Of a stretch of DNA of 64,000 nt, positions 20,653 through 30,425 are shown piece after piece. Origin of the DNA: a virus. Both the position numbers and the translations under genes were made by a program. The stretch is taken from the IMG/VR virus record IMGVR_UViG_3300031688_001339, one strand, 5' to 3'. Numbering within the stretch: position 1 is the first letter of the stretch; each line of letters starts with the position of its first letter. The notes beneath the pieces are model-generated. The model was not told where the DNA came from. It was given only the letters and a program-made list of their open reading frames with translations, and ran no database searches.

Positions 20653-21213
20653 ATGAATAACAAACAGAAAAAAGAACATTACGTAAATAATAAAGAGTTC
20701 TTGGCGGCTATGATTATCTACAGAAAAGCTGTACGTAGAGCAATAAGATTGAAAGAGCCTAAACCAATGGTGGGTAACTACCTTGGCAGTTGTTTTTTAA
20801 AGATTGCGAATCACCTTTCATACAGACCTAATTTTATAAACTACACATTTAAAGATGATATGATATCAGATGGTATTGAAAACTGTCTACAATATCTTGA
20901 CAACTTTGATGGTAAAAAATCAAATAATCCTTTTGCTTACTTTACTCAAATAATCTACTATGCATTTATTAGAAGAATACAAAAAGAGAAAAAGCAAGTT
21001 ACAATTAAACATAAACTGATAAGTAAATCTAATCTAGATGACTTTGCTCTACAGCCAGGTGAAGACCGAGAGTTTAAGAATCAGATGACGGAATACTTAC
21101 AGAAAAATTTACCTATGGATTCACAAGAAAAAATTGCTGAAGAAATAGTTAAATCTAAAAAGAAACGTAAACCTAGAAAGAAGACAAGCACTTTAGATTA
21201 TTTTTTAAGTTAA
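20653..21213 (+). CDS. gp55: Late sigma factor gp55
   Basis: HYVNNKEF, NFINYT, NPFAYFTQI, AFIRRIQKEKKQ. Confidence 0.95.
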   Translation: MNNKQKKEHYVNNKEFLAAMIIYRKAVRRAIRLKEPKPMVGNYLGSCFLKIANHLSYRPNFINYTFKDDMISDGIENCLQYLDNFDGKKSNNPFAYFTQIIYYAFIRRIQKEKKQVTIKHKLISKSNLDDFALQPGEDREFKNQMTEYLQKNLPMDSQEKIAEEIVKSKKKRKPRKKTSTLDYFLS

Positions 21214-21220
21214 GTCAAGT

Positions 21221-22267
21221 ATGAAGATAGCATTACTAAACGATACTCATTTTGGTTGCCGTAACGATTCTCCACACTTCATCAATTATCAGAATAGATT
21301 TTATGATGAACTATTTTTTCCCTATTTAATAGAGAATAAGATAGATACATTAGTGCATTTAGGAGATGTCGTTGATAGACGTAAGTTTATAAACCATAAT
21401 ACAGCACACAATTTCAGACTGAAATTCTGGAATAGATTACAAGAATTAAATATTGATACTCATGTTATATTAGGTAACCATGACACCTATTATAAGAATA
21501 CAAATGAAGTCAATGCCATACAAAACTTAAATCTAGGGCCTGATATAAAAATATATACAAGAGCAACCGAAGTAAATATTGGTGGTTTAGATATGTTGTT
21601 TATACCTTGGATTTGTGACGATAATAGAGAAGATACTATCTTTCAGATTGATAACTCTACATCACAAATTGCAATGGGTCATTTAGAAGTAAAAGGTTTT
21701 GAAATGCATAAAGGAGTTATGAACGAACACGGATTTGAAAGAGAACACTTTAGAAGATTTGAAAAAGTATTATCAGGACACTTTCACAAGAAGTCAGATG
21801 ATGGCCAGATATTCTATCTAGGTACACAATATCAAATTATGTGGTCAGACTATAACTGTCCTAAAGGATTTCATACGTTTGATACGGACACCAGAGAGTT
21901 AGATAGAATAGAAAACCCTATGCCTATATTTAAAAAATTGGTATATGATGATACTAAAACAAACTATGATGGTTTAGATTTAAAAGATTATGAAAACTGT
22001 TTCGTAAAACTATTCGTATCTCAAAAAACTGATACCGATATGTATGGTAGACTAGTTGAAAGATTTTATAATAACGCAAACGTACATGAATTAATTATTA
22101 ATGAAGATACAAATGATATTACTCAAACAGTAAGAGCAGACATTTTAGATTCAGGAGAAGATACGTTGACCTTTCTAGGTAACTATATTGATCAGATAGA
22201 CACAGATTTAGATAAACATAAACTAAAGGAGTTTGCTAAAGAATTATATACAGAGGCAAATGAATGA
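21221..22267 (+). CDS. gp47: Recombination nuclease gp47 (Mre11/SbcD-like)
   Basis: DTHFG, LGDVVDRR, GNHD, SGHFH. Confidence 0.95.
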   Translation: MKIALLNDTHFGCRNDSPHFINYQNRFYDELFFPYLIENKIDTLVHLGDVVDRRKFINHNTAHNFRLKFWNRLQELNIDTHVILGNHDTYYKNTNEVNAIQNLNLGPDIKIYTRATEVNIGGLDMLFIPWICDDNREDTIFQIDNSTSQIAMGHLEVKGFEMHKGVMNEHGFEREHFRRFEKVLSGHFHKKSDDGQIFYLGTQYQIMWSDYNCPKGFHTFDTDTRELDRIENPMPIFKKLVYDDTKTNYDGLDLKDYENCFVKLFVSQKTDTDMYGRLVERFYNNANVHELIINEDTNDITQTVRADILDSGEDTLTFLGNYIDQIDTDLDKHKLKEFAKELYTEANE

Positions 22268-23979
22268 TAGTATTTAAAAATATTAAATATAAAAACTTTC
22301 TATCTACAGGTAATACACCGATAGAGATAGACTTAAATAAATCACATACTACATTAATTGTAGGTCAAAACGGTTCAGGTAAATCAACACTACTAGACGC
22401 CCTTTGTTTTGTTTTATTTAATAAACCATTTAGAATCATTAAGAAAGAACAAATAGTAAACTCAATAAACAATACGGAAACTATTGTTGAAATAACCTTT
22501 GATGTTGGTACAAAAGAATTTAAAATAATACGTGGTATCAAACCTAATATATTTGAGATATATTGTGACGGAGAGTTATTAAATCAGGACGCCAACAGTA
22601 TTGATTATCAAAAGTATTTAGAACAAAATATAATGAGACTTAACTATAGGTCTTTTTTACAAGTAGTATTATTAGGCTCATCATCTTATGAACCCTTTAT
22701 GAAAATGAAACCTAGGTACAGACGAGAGGTTGTAGAAGAAATATTAGACATAAGAGTATTCGGACTTATGGATTTAATATTAAGAAGTCAACAATCAGAC
22801 CTTGCAAAAAAGGTAATAGAAATGAGGCACCGTTGTGATCTCATACAAACCAAGTATGAAACAGAGTTAAATCACTTCAATGCTATCTCCGACCTTAATA
22901 TGAACGACCTAGATGGTAAGAAACAGCTTATTGATCAAAACAAAGAAGATAATAATACATATAGTAAGAAGATAGAAGAATTAAATGAGAAGATAGGATA
23001 TCATAAAGAAGAAGTGGCAGAGAAAGGCAAGGTAGAAAAGAAAGTAAATCAGTTATCTAAACTAGAAGCTAAGATTGAAACTAACTTATCTACACACCAA
23101 AAGTCATTAGAGTTTTTTGAAAACAACGATAACTGTCCTACTTGCACACAACCTATTGATCACGAGTTTAAAGGTAATAAGATAGAGGCAACCAAACAAA
23201 AGATTAAAACTCTACAAGAAGGCATGAACGAATTGCTAACAGAGATTACTAATACAGAGATTAAATTAACTGAAATGAATAAGGTATCACAAAAGATAAA
23301 CGAATTGAATATAGATATATCTAAATTTGAAACGTCTTTAGATGAAATTAATAAATTCAGTAATAGAATACACGAAGAAATTAAACTATTAGAAAACAAA
23401 CAAGTTGATGGTAAAGAAATTAAACAACATCTAGAAAAACTAAATTTAGATTTAGAAGAAGGTAAAATAGAAAGAGATAGAATAATAGAACAAAAAAGTT
23501 ACGTAGACATATTAAGAACAATCTTAAATGACAAGGGTGCTAAGGCACAGATTATACGTAAGTATGTTCCTATTATGAATAACTTAATCAATCAACACTT
23601 ACAAGCTATGGACTTCTTTGTATCTTTTCATTTAGATGAGGAGTTTAATGAAACTATAAAGAGTAGATTCAGAGACGGCTTTAACTATAATAACTTTAGT
23701 GAGGGTGAAAAAATGAGAATAGACCTTGCATTATTATTTACTTGGAGACACATAGCTAAAATGAAAAACAGTACCAATACCAACCTATTAATACTAGATG
23801 AAATTTTTGATGGTAGTTTAGATGGTCAAGGTACAGATGATTTCTTTAAGATTATAACTCAACTATCAAAAGAAAATATCTTTATTATATCACACAAAGG
23901 AGATATAATGTTTGATAAATTTACAAATATAATTAAGTTTGAAAAATATAAAAACTTTACAAGACTACAACAAGCATAA
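22264..23979 (+). CDS. gp46: Recombination ATPase gp46 (Rad50/SbcC-like)
   Basis: GQNGSGKST, CPTC hook, FSEGEK, LDEIFDGSLD. Confidence 0.96.
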   Translation: MIVFKNIKYKNFLSTGNTPIEIDLNKSHTTLIVGQNGSGKSTLLDALCFVLFNKPFRIIKKEQIVNSINNTETIVEITFDVGTKEFKIIRGIKPNIFEIYCDGELLNQDANSIDYQKYLEQNIMRLNYRSFLQVVLLGSSSYEPFMKMKPRYRREVVEEILDIRVFGLMDLILRSQQSDLAKKVIEMRHRCDLIQTKYETELNHFNAISDLNMNDLDGKKQLIDQNKEDNNTYSKKIEELNEKIGYHKEEVAEKGKVEKKVNQLSKLEAKIETNLSTHQKSLEFFENNDNCPTCTQPIDHEFKGNKIEATKQKIKTLQEGMNELLTEITNTEIKLTEMNKVSQKINELNIDISKFETSLDEINKFSNRIHEEIKLLENKQVDGKEIKQHLEKLNLDLEEGKIERDRIIEQKSYVDILRTILNDKGAKAQIIRKYVPIMNNLINQHLQAMDFFVSFHLDEEFNETIKSRFRDGFNYNNFSEGEKMRIDLALLFTWRHIAKMKNSTNTNLLILDEIFDGSLDGQGTDDFFKIITQLSKENIFIISHKGDIMFDKFTNIIKFEKYKNFTRLQQA

Positions 23980-23988
23980 GGAGAAAAT

Positions 23989-24720
23989 ATGGGCAGTACT
24001 CAAAAAAACGTGATGAAAAAACCTAAACAAAACATGACTAAAATATCGGCTAAAGATAATAAACAAAGTCCGAAATACGAGGAGAAAGTCAAAGAAGAAG
24101 TAACTGAAACGGTTGTTGAACCTAAACATAAAGATTATAGTAAAACTAAAACATATAGTCTAATACCACCTAGGGATCCTAGAATACAATCAGCAATAGC
24201 ACCTTTCAGTGATGATATGTTAAAGGAACATGGTCTTAAAGATAGAAAAGAATTAGCGGAACAGATGTTTGCTACTATGAGAAAATATGGTGGCATAGGT
24301 TTAACTTGCAATCAAGTTGGTTTACCTTTCAACATGTTCGTAATAGGCGACCACCCTCATATAGAAGATGGTTTAAAAATGGCATGTTTCAATCCTATGA
24401 TAATCACACAAGGTGAGGAAAAAGTAGTGATGAAAGAGGGTTGTTTAACCTTTCCTTTTGTCTTTTTATCTATTACAAGACCACGTAAAGTTATTGTAAA
24501 GTACGAAGATGAAGATGGTAAACTACAAGAAGGACATCTAGACGGTATGATCAGTAGAGTATTCCAACATGAACACGAACACACTCTAGGTAGAAATTTT
24601 ACAGAGGGACAGAGTAAAATGAAACTAGACTTGGCATATAAGAAAGCTGGAAAACAGATGAAAGCTTATGAAAAACATAAGAAAGCCATGGAAAAAGTAG
24701 ATAATAGGATGATTCCATAG
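23989..24720 (+). CDS. def: Peptide deformylase with N-terminal extension
   Basis: GIGLTCNQVG, EGCLT, QHEHEH motifs. Confidence 0.9.
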   Translation: MGSTQKNVMKKPKQNMTKISAKDNKQSPKYEEKVKEEVTETVVEPKHKDYSKTKTYSLIPPRDPRIQSAIAPFSDDMLKEHGLKDRKELAEQMFATMRKYGGIGLTCNQVGLPFNMFVIGDHPHIEDGLKMACFNPMIITQGEEKVVMKEGCLTFPFVFLSITRPRKVIVKYEDEDGKLQEGHLDGMISRVFQHEHEHTLGRNFTEGQSKMKLDLAYKKAGKQMKAYEKHKKAMEKVDNRMIP

Positions 24721-24725
24721 TAGGC

Positions 24726-24754
24726 TTGACATTGAGGAAAGTTTATGATAGGAT
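24726..24754 (+). promoter_or_regulatory. Early promoter TTGACA-17-TAGGAT
   Basis: Member of recurring GGCTTGAC..TAGGAT family. Confidence 0.75.
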
Positions 24755-24760
24755 TACATT

Positions 24761-26101
24761 ATGACAGCAGTACCAAAAGAAGACTTTGATATACACGCCA
24801 AGCAAGATTTAGAAGGCGTTGAAAGAAAGTGGAAACAGTTTCAAGAAGAAAACGATATTGAGGCTCTTGAACAAGTAGACGAGAGAGTACTTACAGAAGC
24901 TATTCAAAAAGATTTGGGATACGTGTCAAAGATGACAGTACAAGAGTATACCCTATTTCAAAAGTGGCAAGAAGTACATAGAAAATTCCCTACAACCGAA
25001 TCAACTACATTGTATGGTACTGAAAAAATACTAACATCACCTGAACAAAAAACTCAAATAGATACAGTTAGAAACAATATCTGGATTCCCGAATCACCTG
25101 AAGATTATGATAAGTTAGAACCTGTATTAGAATTTACAGATGACAGTACAAAGAATTTCAAAGGCAAAGCAGTAAGAACAGCCAAACTATCAGAGAACTG
25201 GAATACATTAAGAACTTTCTTATCTACTATGAAAAACAATAGTAATATTGGTAGACAATTATTCTTTAATGTAAATGATAATAGATCAGGTAAACATTTA
25301 GGTGTCATTTGTATATCTGGTGACTTCATGGATTTAACACCTAGAGACAGTGCTATTGGTTGGGACAGACAGAGTAAAACATTTGGTGGCATGATTAATC
25401 ATACAGCAATTGGTTCTTCTATTGTACCTACACAACCATTAGGTTACAGTTATACAGGTGGTAAACTATTAGCATATCTATGTTTATCAGATCAGGTACA
25501 GAAATTATGGCACGACAAGTATGGCGACAAGTTAGTAGGAGTTACTACAACATCTTTATATGGTAAGGCGAAAGCAAATACTTTAAGTCAATATGATGGT
25601 TTAAAATATTGGAAACGTATGGGTTTCACTATGGGATCTGTTTCATATGAACCACAACCAGCAACTAAAAAACTAATTAAACAATGGTTAAAGAAAAACC
25701 ATACTAGAAAATACTTTGAATGGTATGAAGCAACGAGAGCCAACGGTCAACCATTAAAAAGAGATCACAAGAATAGATCGTATATGTTTACTTATTCTAA
25801 AATGGGTATAGAAAAATCTTTAATCAAAACAGACCACGCCAGAGGTATCTATTTTGCAAGACTATTTGAAAACACTTATGAGTATTTAAGAGGTGAAGTA
25901 AAAGATGATGGTCTTATTAAACGATTCGATTCGTCTACAGAGGGATTAGTCAAAGTATGGAAAGAAAAACATGCTTCAAAAAGAATTAAAAACCTATTAG
26001 CAACTGATAGGTTCTCCAAAGAATCACACTTCTATGATGATTTGATATACTTGGATTGGGAAGAGTGCAAGGAAAAGTACTTAAATCAAGTCGGAAGATA
26101 A
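24761..26101 (+). CDS. DUF4338 (DruA-like) protein, predicted Mom-like GNAT fold; paralog 1
   Basis: PRDSAIGW, IVPTQPLGYSYTGGKLLA, TTTSLYG, SQYDGL, WKRMGFTMG. Confidence 0.65.
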   Translation: MTAVPKEDFDIHAKQDLEGVERKWKQFQEENDIEALEQVDERVLTEAIQKDLGYVSKMTVQEYTLFQKWQEVHRKFPTTESTTLYGTEKILTSPEQKTQIDTVRNNIWIPESPEDYDKLEPVLEFTDDSTKNFKGKAVRTAKLSENWNTLRTFLSTMKNNSNIGRQLFFNVNDNRSGKHLGVICISGDFMDLTPRDSAIGWDRQSKTFGGMINHTAIGSSIVPTQPLGYSYTGGKLLAYLCLSDQVQKLWHDKYGDKLVGVTTTSLYGKAKANTLSQYDGLKYWKRMGFTMGSVSYEPQPATKKLIKQWLKKNHTRKYFEWYEATRANGQPLKRDHKNRSYMFTYSKMGIEKSLIKTDHARGIYFARLFENTYEYLRGEVKDDGLIKRFDSSTEGLVKVWKEKHASKRIKNLLATDRFSKESHFYDDLIYLDWEECKEKYLNQVGR

Positions 26102-26124
26102 CGAATCAAACAAGAAAATATAAT

Positions 26125-26139
26125 GTTCTCATTATGTTC
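26125..26139 (+). promoter_or_regulatory. Candidate alphaproteobacterial LexA box GTTC-N7-GTTC
   Basis: GTTC tcattat GTTC; degenerate inverse GAAT-N7-GAAA at 26103-26117. Confidence 0.5.
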
Positions 26140-26175
26140 TTTCAATAAGCAAGTAACCACAACGAATTATATGGC

Positions 26176-26204
26176 TTGACTTTCCTGTCTTTTCCATATA
26201 GGAT
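26176..26204 (+). promoter_or_regulatory. Early promoter TTGACT-17-TAGGAT
   Basis: Same promoter family. Confidence 0.75.
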
Positions 26205-26212
26205 AAGTGTAT

Positions 26213-28510
26213 ATGAAAAATAAAACCACTACAAAAATTAGCCTTGATCAAAAAAGTCAACTTGCTAAACTTATCGCTACAGAGAATATATCAATTCAAC
26301 ATAACAATGTTAAGACAGCTTCATTTGATGTTAAGAATAGAGTACTAACACTACCTATCTTTAAAACTAAAAGTGTTGATGTATATGACATGTTAATCGC
26401 CCATGAGTGTGCTCATGCTTTATTTACTCCTTACGGAAAATGGGCTAAAATAAATGATGATGAGTTAAGAGCATACATCAATGTATTAGAAGATTGTAGA
26501 ATAGACAAAAAAATTCAAACAAGATATGAGGGTGTAGTTAAAAACTATATCAATGGTTTTGATATCTTAAACAAAGCAAATTTCTTTGGTATTAAAAACA
26601 AAGATATGAACAAAGACTTTATGTTGATTGATAAGATCAACGTATTTTACAAGTCATCTAAAAGACTTAAAATTAATTTTACAACTGCTGATAATAAATG
26701 GTTAGCAAAAGTTAATTCTCTTACATCATTTACTAGTGTAGTTAAGTTAGCAAAAGAAATGTTAGCTTGGCAGAAAAAAGATATTAAAAACAAAGAAAAG
26801 GATTCAGATTTTTCTGGTAGTACTTTAGATAAGTTATATAAACTTGCTGATAAACATATCAAACCAGGTGAGTCTAAAGAAAAACAAGAAGAAAAAAAAG
26901 ATGAATCTTATGCGGAAACTGAAAGTAAAGATGAAGTAAAAGAAGAAGATAACAAAGTAGAATCAAACTCAACTAATTCAGCACCTGAACACGGTAACGG
27001 TGCCGATGAGGGTGAAGATGGTTACAATTTAGATTCTAGAAAATTCATTGCTGTTACTGATCAAACATATCAAAAGAATACAGAAAGTTTAACTGATAGA
27101 ACATGTGACTATAACTATGTTAATCTACCAGATGTTAATTTGAAGAAAGTTATTATTTCTAATAAAACTTTTCTATCTGAAATGAGAGAATATATTGCTG
27201 GTGAAAAAAAGCATTATGCTGGTACACACGAATATTTAATGTGGTTAAAAAATGACTACAAAAAATATATCAAAGATAACATGAAAACAGTTAACTATCT
27301 TGTTAAAGAGTTTGAAATGAAAAAAAGTGCTACGGCATATAAAAGAGCTAGTACTGATAAAACTGGTACTATTGATCCTTTAAAATTAAAAGATTACAAA
27401 TTTAGTGATGATATATTTAAAAGATTAACTATTATACCTACAGAGAAGAATCATGGTATGATGATGTTACTTGATTGGTCTGGTAGTATGGCAAACGATC
27501 TTAAAAAGACTATTGATCAATTAATAAATTTAGTTATGTTTTGTAGAAAAATCAATATACCTTTTAAAGTATATATGTTTACTACTGAATATTCTTATAA
27601 ACAAGGTTTAGATAAGTACAGTCAATCAACAAATAAATCTGTATGGAAATACAAATCTGGTGACATGTATTTAGAGAACTTTAATCTAGTTGAATTAGCA
27701 GATCATAAATCAAAGAAAAAAGATTTAGAAGAATCTTTAATGTATGTTTACAATATGGGTTCATGTTATGATCAAAGCGTTAGAAGTTCTTTCTGGAATA
27801 ATGAAAAAGCTTATGAAGGTAGTAGATTTCATATGCCTAGTCAATACAATCTTGGTACTACACCTCTTAACGAAGCATTAGTTACGTGTCTTAAAATAGT
27901 TCCTATGTTTAAAAGAAAATACAACGTAGAAAAAATGACTTTCATTACCCTAACAGACGGTGGTGCAAATTATACAGGTGAAGCAAAAGTTATATTAGGT
28001 GAGAACGGTCTTACCAGAAAACATAAAGATGAGTGTAGAGTTGGTGCCGTTGATAAGAATGCACCATATGTACCAGTTAAAACAGTTATCAAAATTGGTA
28101 AAAGATCATATGTTAATGAGGACAGTAGAGAAGGACTTACCAATTTGATGTTAACATTAATTCAAAAAGAACACGGTATTAAAACAATTGGTTTCTATGT
28201 TCTTAAACAAATCAAGTGGTGGGATATCAGTAGTTATGTTAGACACTTTAAAAATTACGATCACAGAAATGATATGATGAATAGAATCAAAGCTACCTTT
28301 GCAAAAGAAAAAGCAGTACTAGTACATAACAAAGGTTACAATAAGTACTTTCTTCTTAATGGTAAATCAATGAAAGTTCAAAATGTTGATCTATCAGCGA
28401 TTACAAATGATTCGAAAACTGCTTCAATTAAGTCAGTATTCAGTAAGAGTATGAAAGGAAGAATCACTTCCAGAACGGTATTAAACAAATTCATAGAGGA
28501 GGTTGCTTAA
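26213..28510 (+). CDS. CobT-like protein: N-terminal HExxH domain, acidic linker, VWA domain
   Basis: AHECAHA, NVLEDCRI, LLDWSGSM (MIDAS), GTTPL, LTDG. Confidence 0.8.
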   Translation: MKNKTTTKISLDQKSQLAKLIATENISIQHNNVKTASFDVKNRVLTLPIFKTKSVDVYDMLIAHECAHALFTPYGKWAKINDDELRAYINVLEDCRIDKKIQTRYEGVVKNYINGFDILNKANFFGIKNKDMNKDFMLIDKINVFYKSSKRLKINFTTADNKWLAKVNSLTSFTSVVKLAKEMLAWQKKDIKNKEKDSDFSGSTLDKLYKLADKHIKPGESKEKQEEKKDESYAETESKDEVKEEDNKVESNSTNSAPEHGNGADEGEDGYNLDSRKFIAVTDQTYQKNTESLTDRTCDYNYVNLPDVNLKKVIISNKTFLSEMREYIAGEKKHYAGTHEYLMWLKNDYKKYIKDNMKTVNYLVKEFEMKKSATAYKRASTDKTGTIDPLKLKDYKFSDDIFKRLTIIPTEKNHGMMMLLDWSGSMANDLKKTIDQLINLVMFCRKINIPFKVYMFTTEYSYKQGLDKYSQSTNKSVWKYKSGDMYLENFNLVELADHKSKKKDLEESLMYVYNMGSCYDQSVRSSFWNNEKAYEGSRFHMPSQYNLGTTPLNEALVTCLKIVPMFKRKYNVEKMTFITLTDGGANYTGEAKVILGENGLTRKHKDECRVGAVDKNAPYVPVKTVIKIGKRSYVNEDSREGLTNLMLTLIQKEHGIKTIGFYVLKQIKWWDISSYVRHFKNYDHRNDMMNRIKATFAKEKAVLVHNKGYNKYFLLNGKSMKVQNVDLSAITNDSKTASIKSVFSKSMKGRITSRTVLNKFIEEVA

Positions 28511-28540
28511 AAGGTAATGGTATCAACGCTTCTTTTAGGC

Positions 28541-28569
28541 TTGCTTTCTATGACAAATCCTGATAGGAT
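28541..28569 (+). promoter_or_regulatory. Early promoter TTGCTT-17-TAGGAT
   Basis: Same promoter family. Confidence 0.65.
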
Positions 28570-28604
28570 AAAGGATAAAAACAACGTAACAAAAGGATAA
28601 CACT

Positions 28605-29825
28605 ATGTTAAACACTAAACAAACGCAATTCGTTGAACATGCTTTCGCAATGTTTAAAACAACAGAATTGACAGTAGACCAATTGAAGGAGGCAAACAAG
28701 AAATTTGGTTGCAAGTATGCTCCACAATGGTTAATCAAAAATAAAGATTACAAATTAGGAAAATCTTTGTTTAAACTACCGGTAGACGGAGAAGATATTT
28801 CTACTCCTGTTGTATCGCCAGTTAAAAACAAAAAAACGGCAGTTGCTGAGGAGATTAAATCAGAAGCCGCTTATATTGTTTCATCTTTAGTAGGTGATAT
28901 TGTACCTAAAAAAGATCCAATATTTGTTCCATTTGGTAACTACACAGATGTGAAATCTATTATTAAATCTAATAGATTCTATCCCATTTTCATTACAGGT
29001 TTATCTGGTAATGGTAAAACAATGGGTGTAATTCAATCTTGTGCTGAAGCCAAAAAAGAAATGATCAGAGTTAACATAACAATTGAGACCGATGAAGACG
29101 ATCTTTTAGGTGGTTACAGACTTAAAGATGGCCAAACTGTTTGGCAAAACGGTCCTGTGATTGAAGCAATGGAAAGAGGCGCTCTTTTATTATTAGATGA
29201 AGTTGATTTAGCTTCTAATAAAATCATGTGTCTACAACCAATACTTGAAGGATCAGGTGTTTATGTTAAGAAAATTAACAAGTTTGTTAAACCAAAAACT
29301 GGATTTAATATCGTTGCTACTGCCAATACAAAAGGTCAAGGTAGTGAAGATGGTAAATTCATCGGTACAAACATTCTTAATGAAGCTTTTCTTGAAAGAT
29401 TTCCTGTTACATTTGAACAGAAATATCCAAGTGTTGCTATTGAGAAAAAAATATTAACAAATACATTAAAGGCGGCTGGTAAAACAGACGCAGGTTTCAT
29501 CACAAAGCTTACAACGTGGGCAGATGTGATTAGAAAAACTTACTTTGATGGTGGTGTTGACGAGATTATCTCTACAAGAAGATTAGTCCACATAACTCAA
29601 GCTTATGCTATATTTAATAATAAAGTAAAAGCGATTCAGATGTGTACTAATAGATTTGAAGATGATACAAAAAATTCGTTTGTAGAGCTATATACCAAAG
29701 TAGATTCTGGTTCAAGTGTTGAAGACATTATGGAACAAAATAGACAGGCAGATTTAGTTCAACAATCGGATCTTGGCGAAGACCAAGACGAATCAGACGA
29801 TGACTCTGATTCAGACAGTGTCTAA
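28605..29825 (+). CDS. CobS-like MoxR AAA+ ATPase
   Basis: GLSGNGKT, LLLDEVD, ATANTKGQG, AFLERF, ISTRRL; adjacent to VWA partner. Confidence 0.88.
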   Translation: MLNTKQTQFVEHAFAMFKTTELTVDQLKEANKKFGCKYAPQWLIKNKDYKLGKSLFKLPVDGEDISTPVVSPVKNKKTAVAEEIKSEAAYIVSSLVGDIVPKKDPIFVPFGNYTDVKSIIKSNRFYPIFITGLSGNGKTMGVIQSCAEAKKEMIRVNITIETDEDDLLGGYRLKDGQTVWQNGPVIEAMERGALLLLDEVDLASNKIMCLQPILEGSGVYVKKINKFVKPKTGFNIVATANTKGQGSEDGKFIGTNILNEAFLERFPVTFEQKYPSVAIEKKILTNTLKAAGKTDAGFITKLTTWADVIRKTYFDGGVDEIISTRRLVHITQAYAIFNNKVKAIQMCTNRFEDDTKNSFVELYTKVDSGSSVEDIMEQNRQADLVQQSDLGEDQDESDDDSDSDSV

Positions 29826-29836
29826 AGCTTAGTGTA

Positions 29837-29900
29837 ATCCTTGTGGGTGGTGTAGTGGCCACCCACGTTATAAGAGGATAAATTAATCACTACAGAAAGG
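29837..29900 (+). promoter_or_regulatory. Pseudoknot-forming leader upstream of bS21
   Basis: Stem GTGGGTGG/CCACCCAC; loop TGTAGTG complementary to CACTACA next to the SD. Confidence 0.55.
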
Positions 29901-29909
29901 AATAATAAA

Positions 29910-30119
29910 TTGTCAAGAGAAAAAGTAATAGAAGTTAGAAATAATAATATAGAACAAGCATTACGTGTGATGAAAAGAAAATCTATTAAAGATAACTTTT
30001 TAAAAGTGTTCAAAGAAAAACAACACTTTGAAAAACCATCAGATAAGAAAAGACGTAAGCAAAAAGAAATGATTGCTAATGCAAAAAAGAACAAGAGATT
30101 AAGAGAAAAATTTTTATAA
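29910..30119 (+). CDS. rpsU: Ribosomal protein bS21
   Basis: IEVRNNNIEQALRVMKRK, HFEKPSDKKRRK; TTG start with SD AAAGGA. Confidence 0.9.
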   Translation: MSREKVIEVRNNNIEQALRVMKRKSIKDNFLKVFKEKQHFEKPSDKKRRKQKEMIANAKKNKRLREKFL

Positions 30120-30158
30120 TTTAGTTATTTAACGCTTGTGTTTGATATATATATTATG

Positions 30159-30316
30159 GTTGAGGCTGCTCGTAAGTCCTTAACAGCGTTAAAAAAGAAG
30201 CATATAGTGGGCTTCTTTATGGTGTTTTGTTAGTTTCACCTATAAAAAAAACTAACACTTATAGATATTCACTAGGGAACTGGTAGGGATCCTCAGCCTA
30301 GTGAATTTCTATAAGT
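30159..30316 (+). ncRNA. Candidate structured ncRNA / long 3' UTR (hairpins plus H-type pseudoknot)
   Basis: Four adjacent helical elements in a gene-free 300 nt region; see findings. Confidence 0.45.
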
Positions 30317-30425
30317 AGGGTTGTATATTAATATAACGTACTTATATATAAGCCAGATATACATTAAGGCAGTAGCCGTATATTTGAAGAAGACAAACTA
30401 ACAGCCAGTAGGCAAAGGAGATAGT

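Noticed and set aside
24761-26101. Druantia defence system
   Set aside because: Only DruA-like domains are present; no DruE helicase or other dru genes.
26213-29825. Cobalamin biosynthesis (cobT/cobS)
   Set aside because: No cobN or other cob genes in the window; a generic MoxR AAA+/VWA chaperone pair, common in marine T4-like phages, is more plausible.
30221-30257. preQ1-I riboswitch (resembles ...CUAUAAAAAACUAA tail)
   Set aside because: P1 is only 4 bp, the loop lacks the usual UUC...C ligand pattern, and no queuosine gene follows; kept only as a generic pseudoknot.
30257-30316. SRP (4.5S) RNA
   Set aside because: Long hairpin lacks the conserved CAGG...GGAA...AGCA helix-8 motif.
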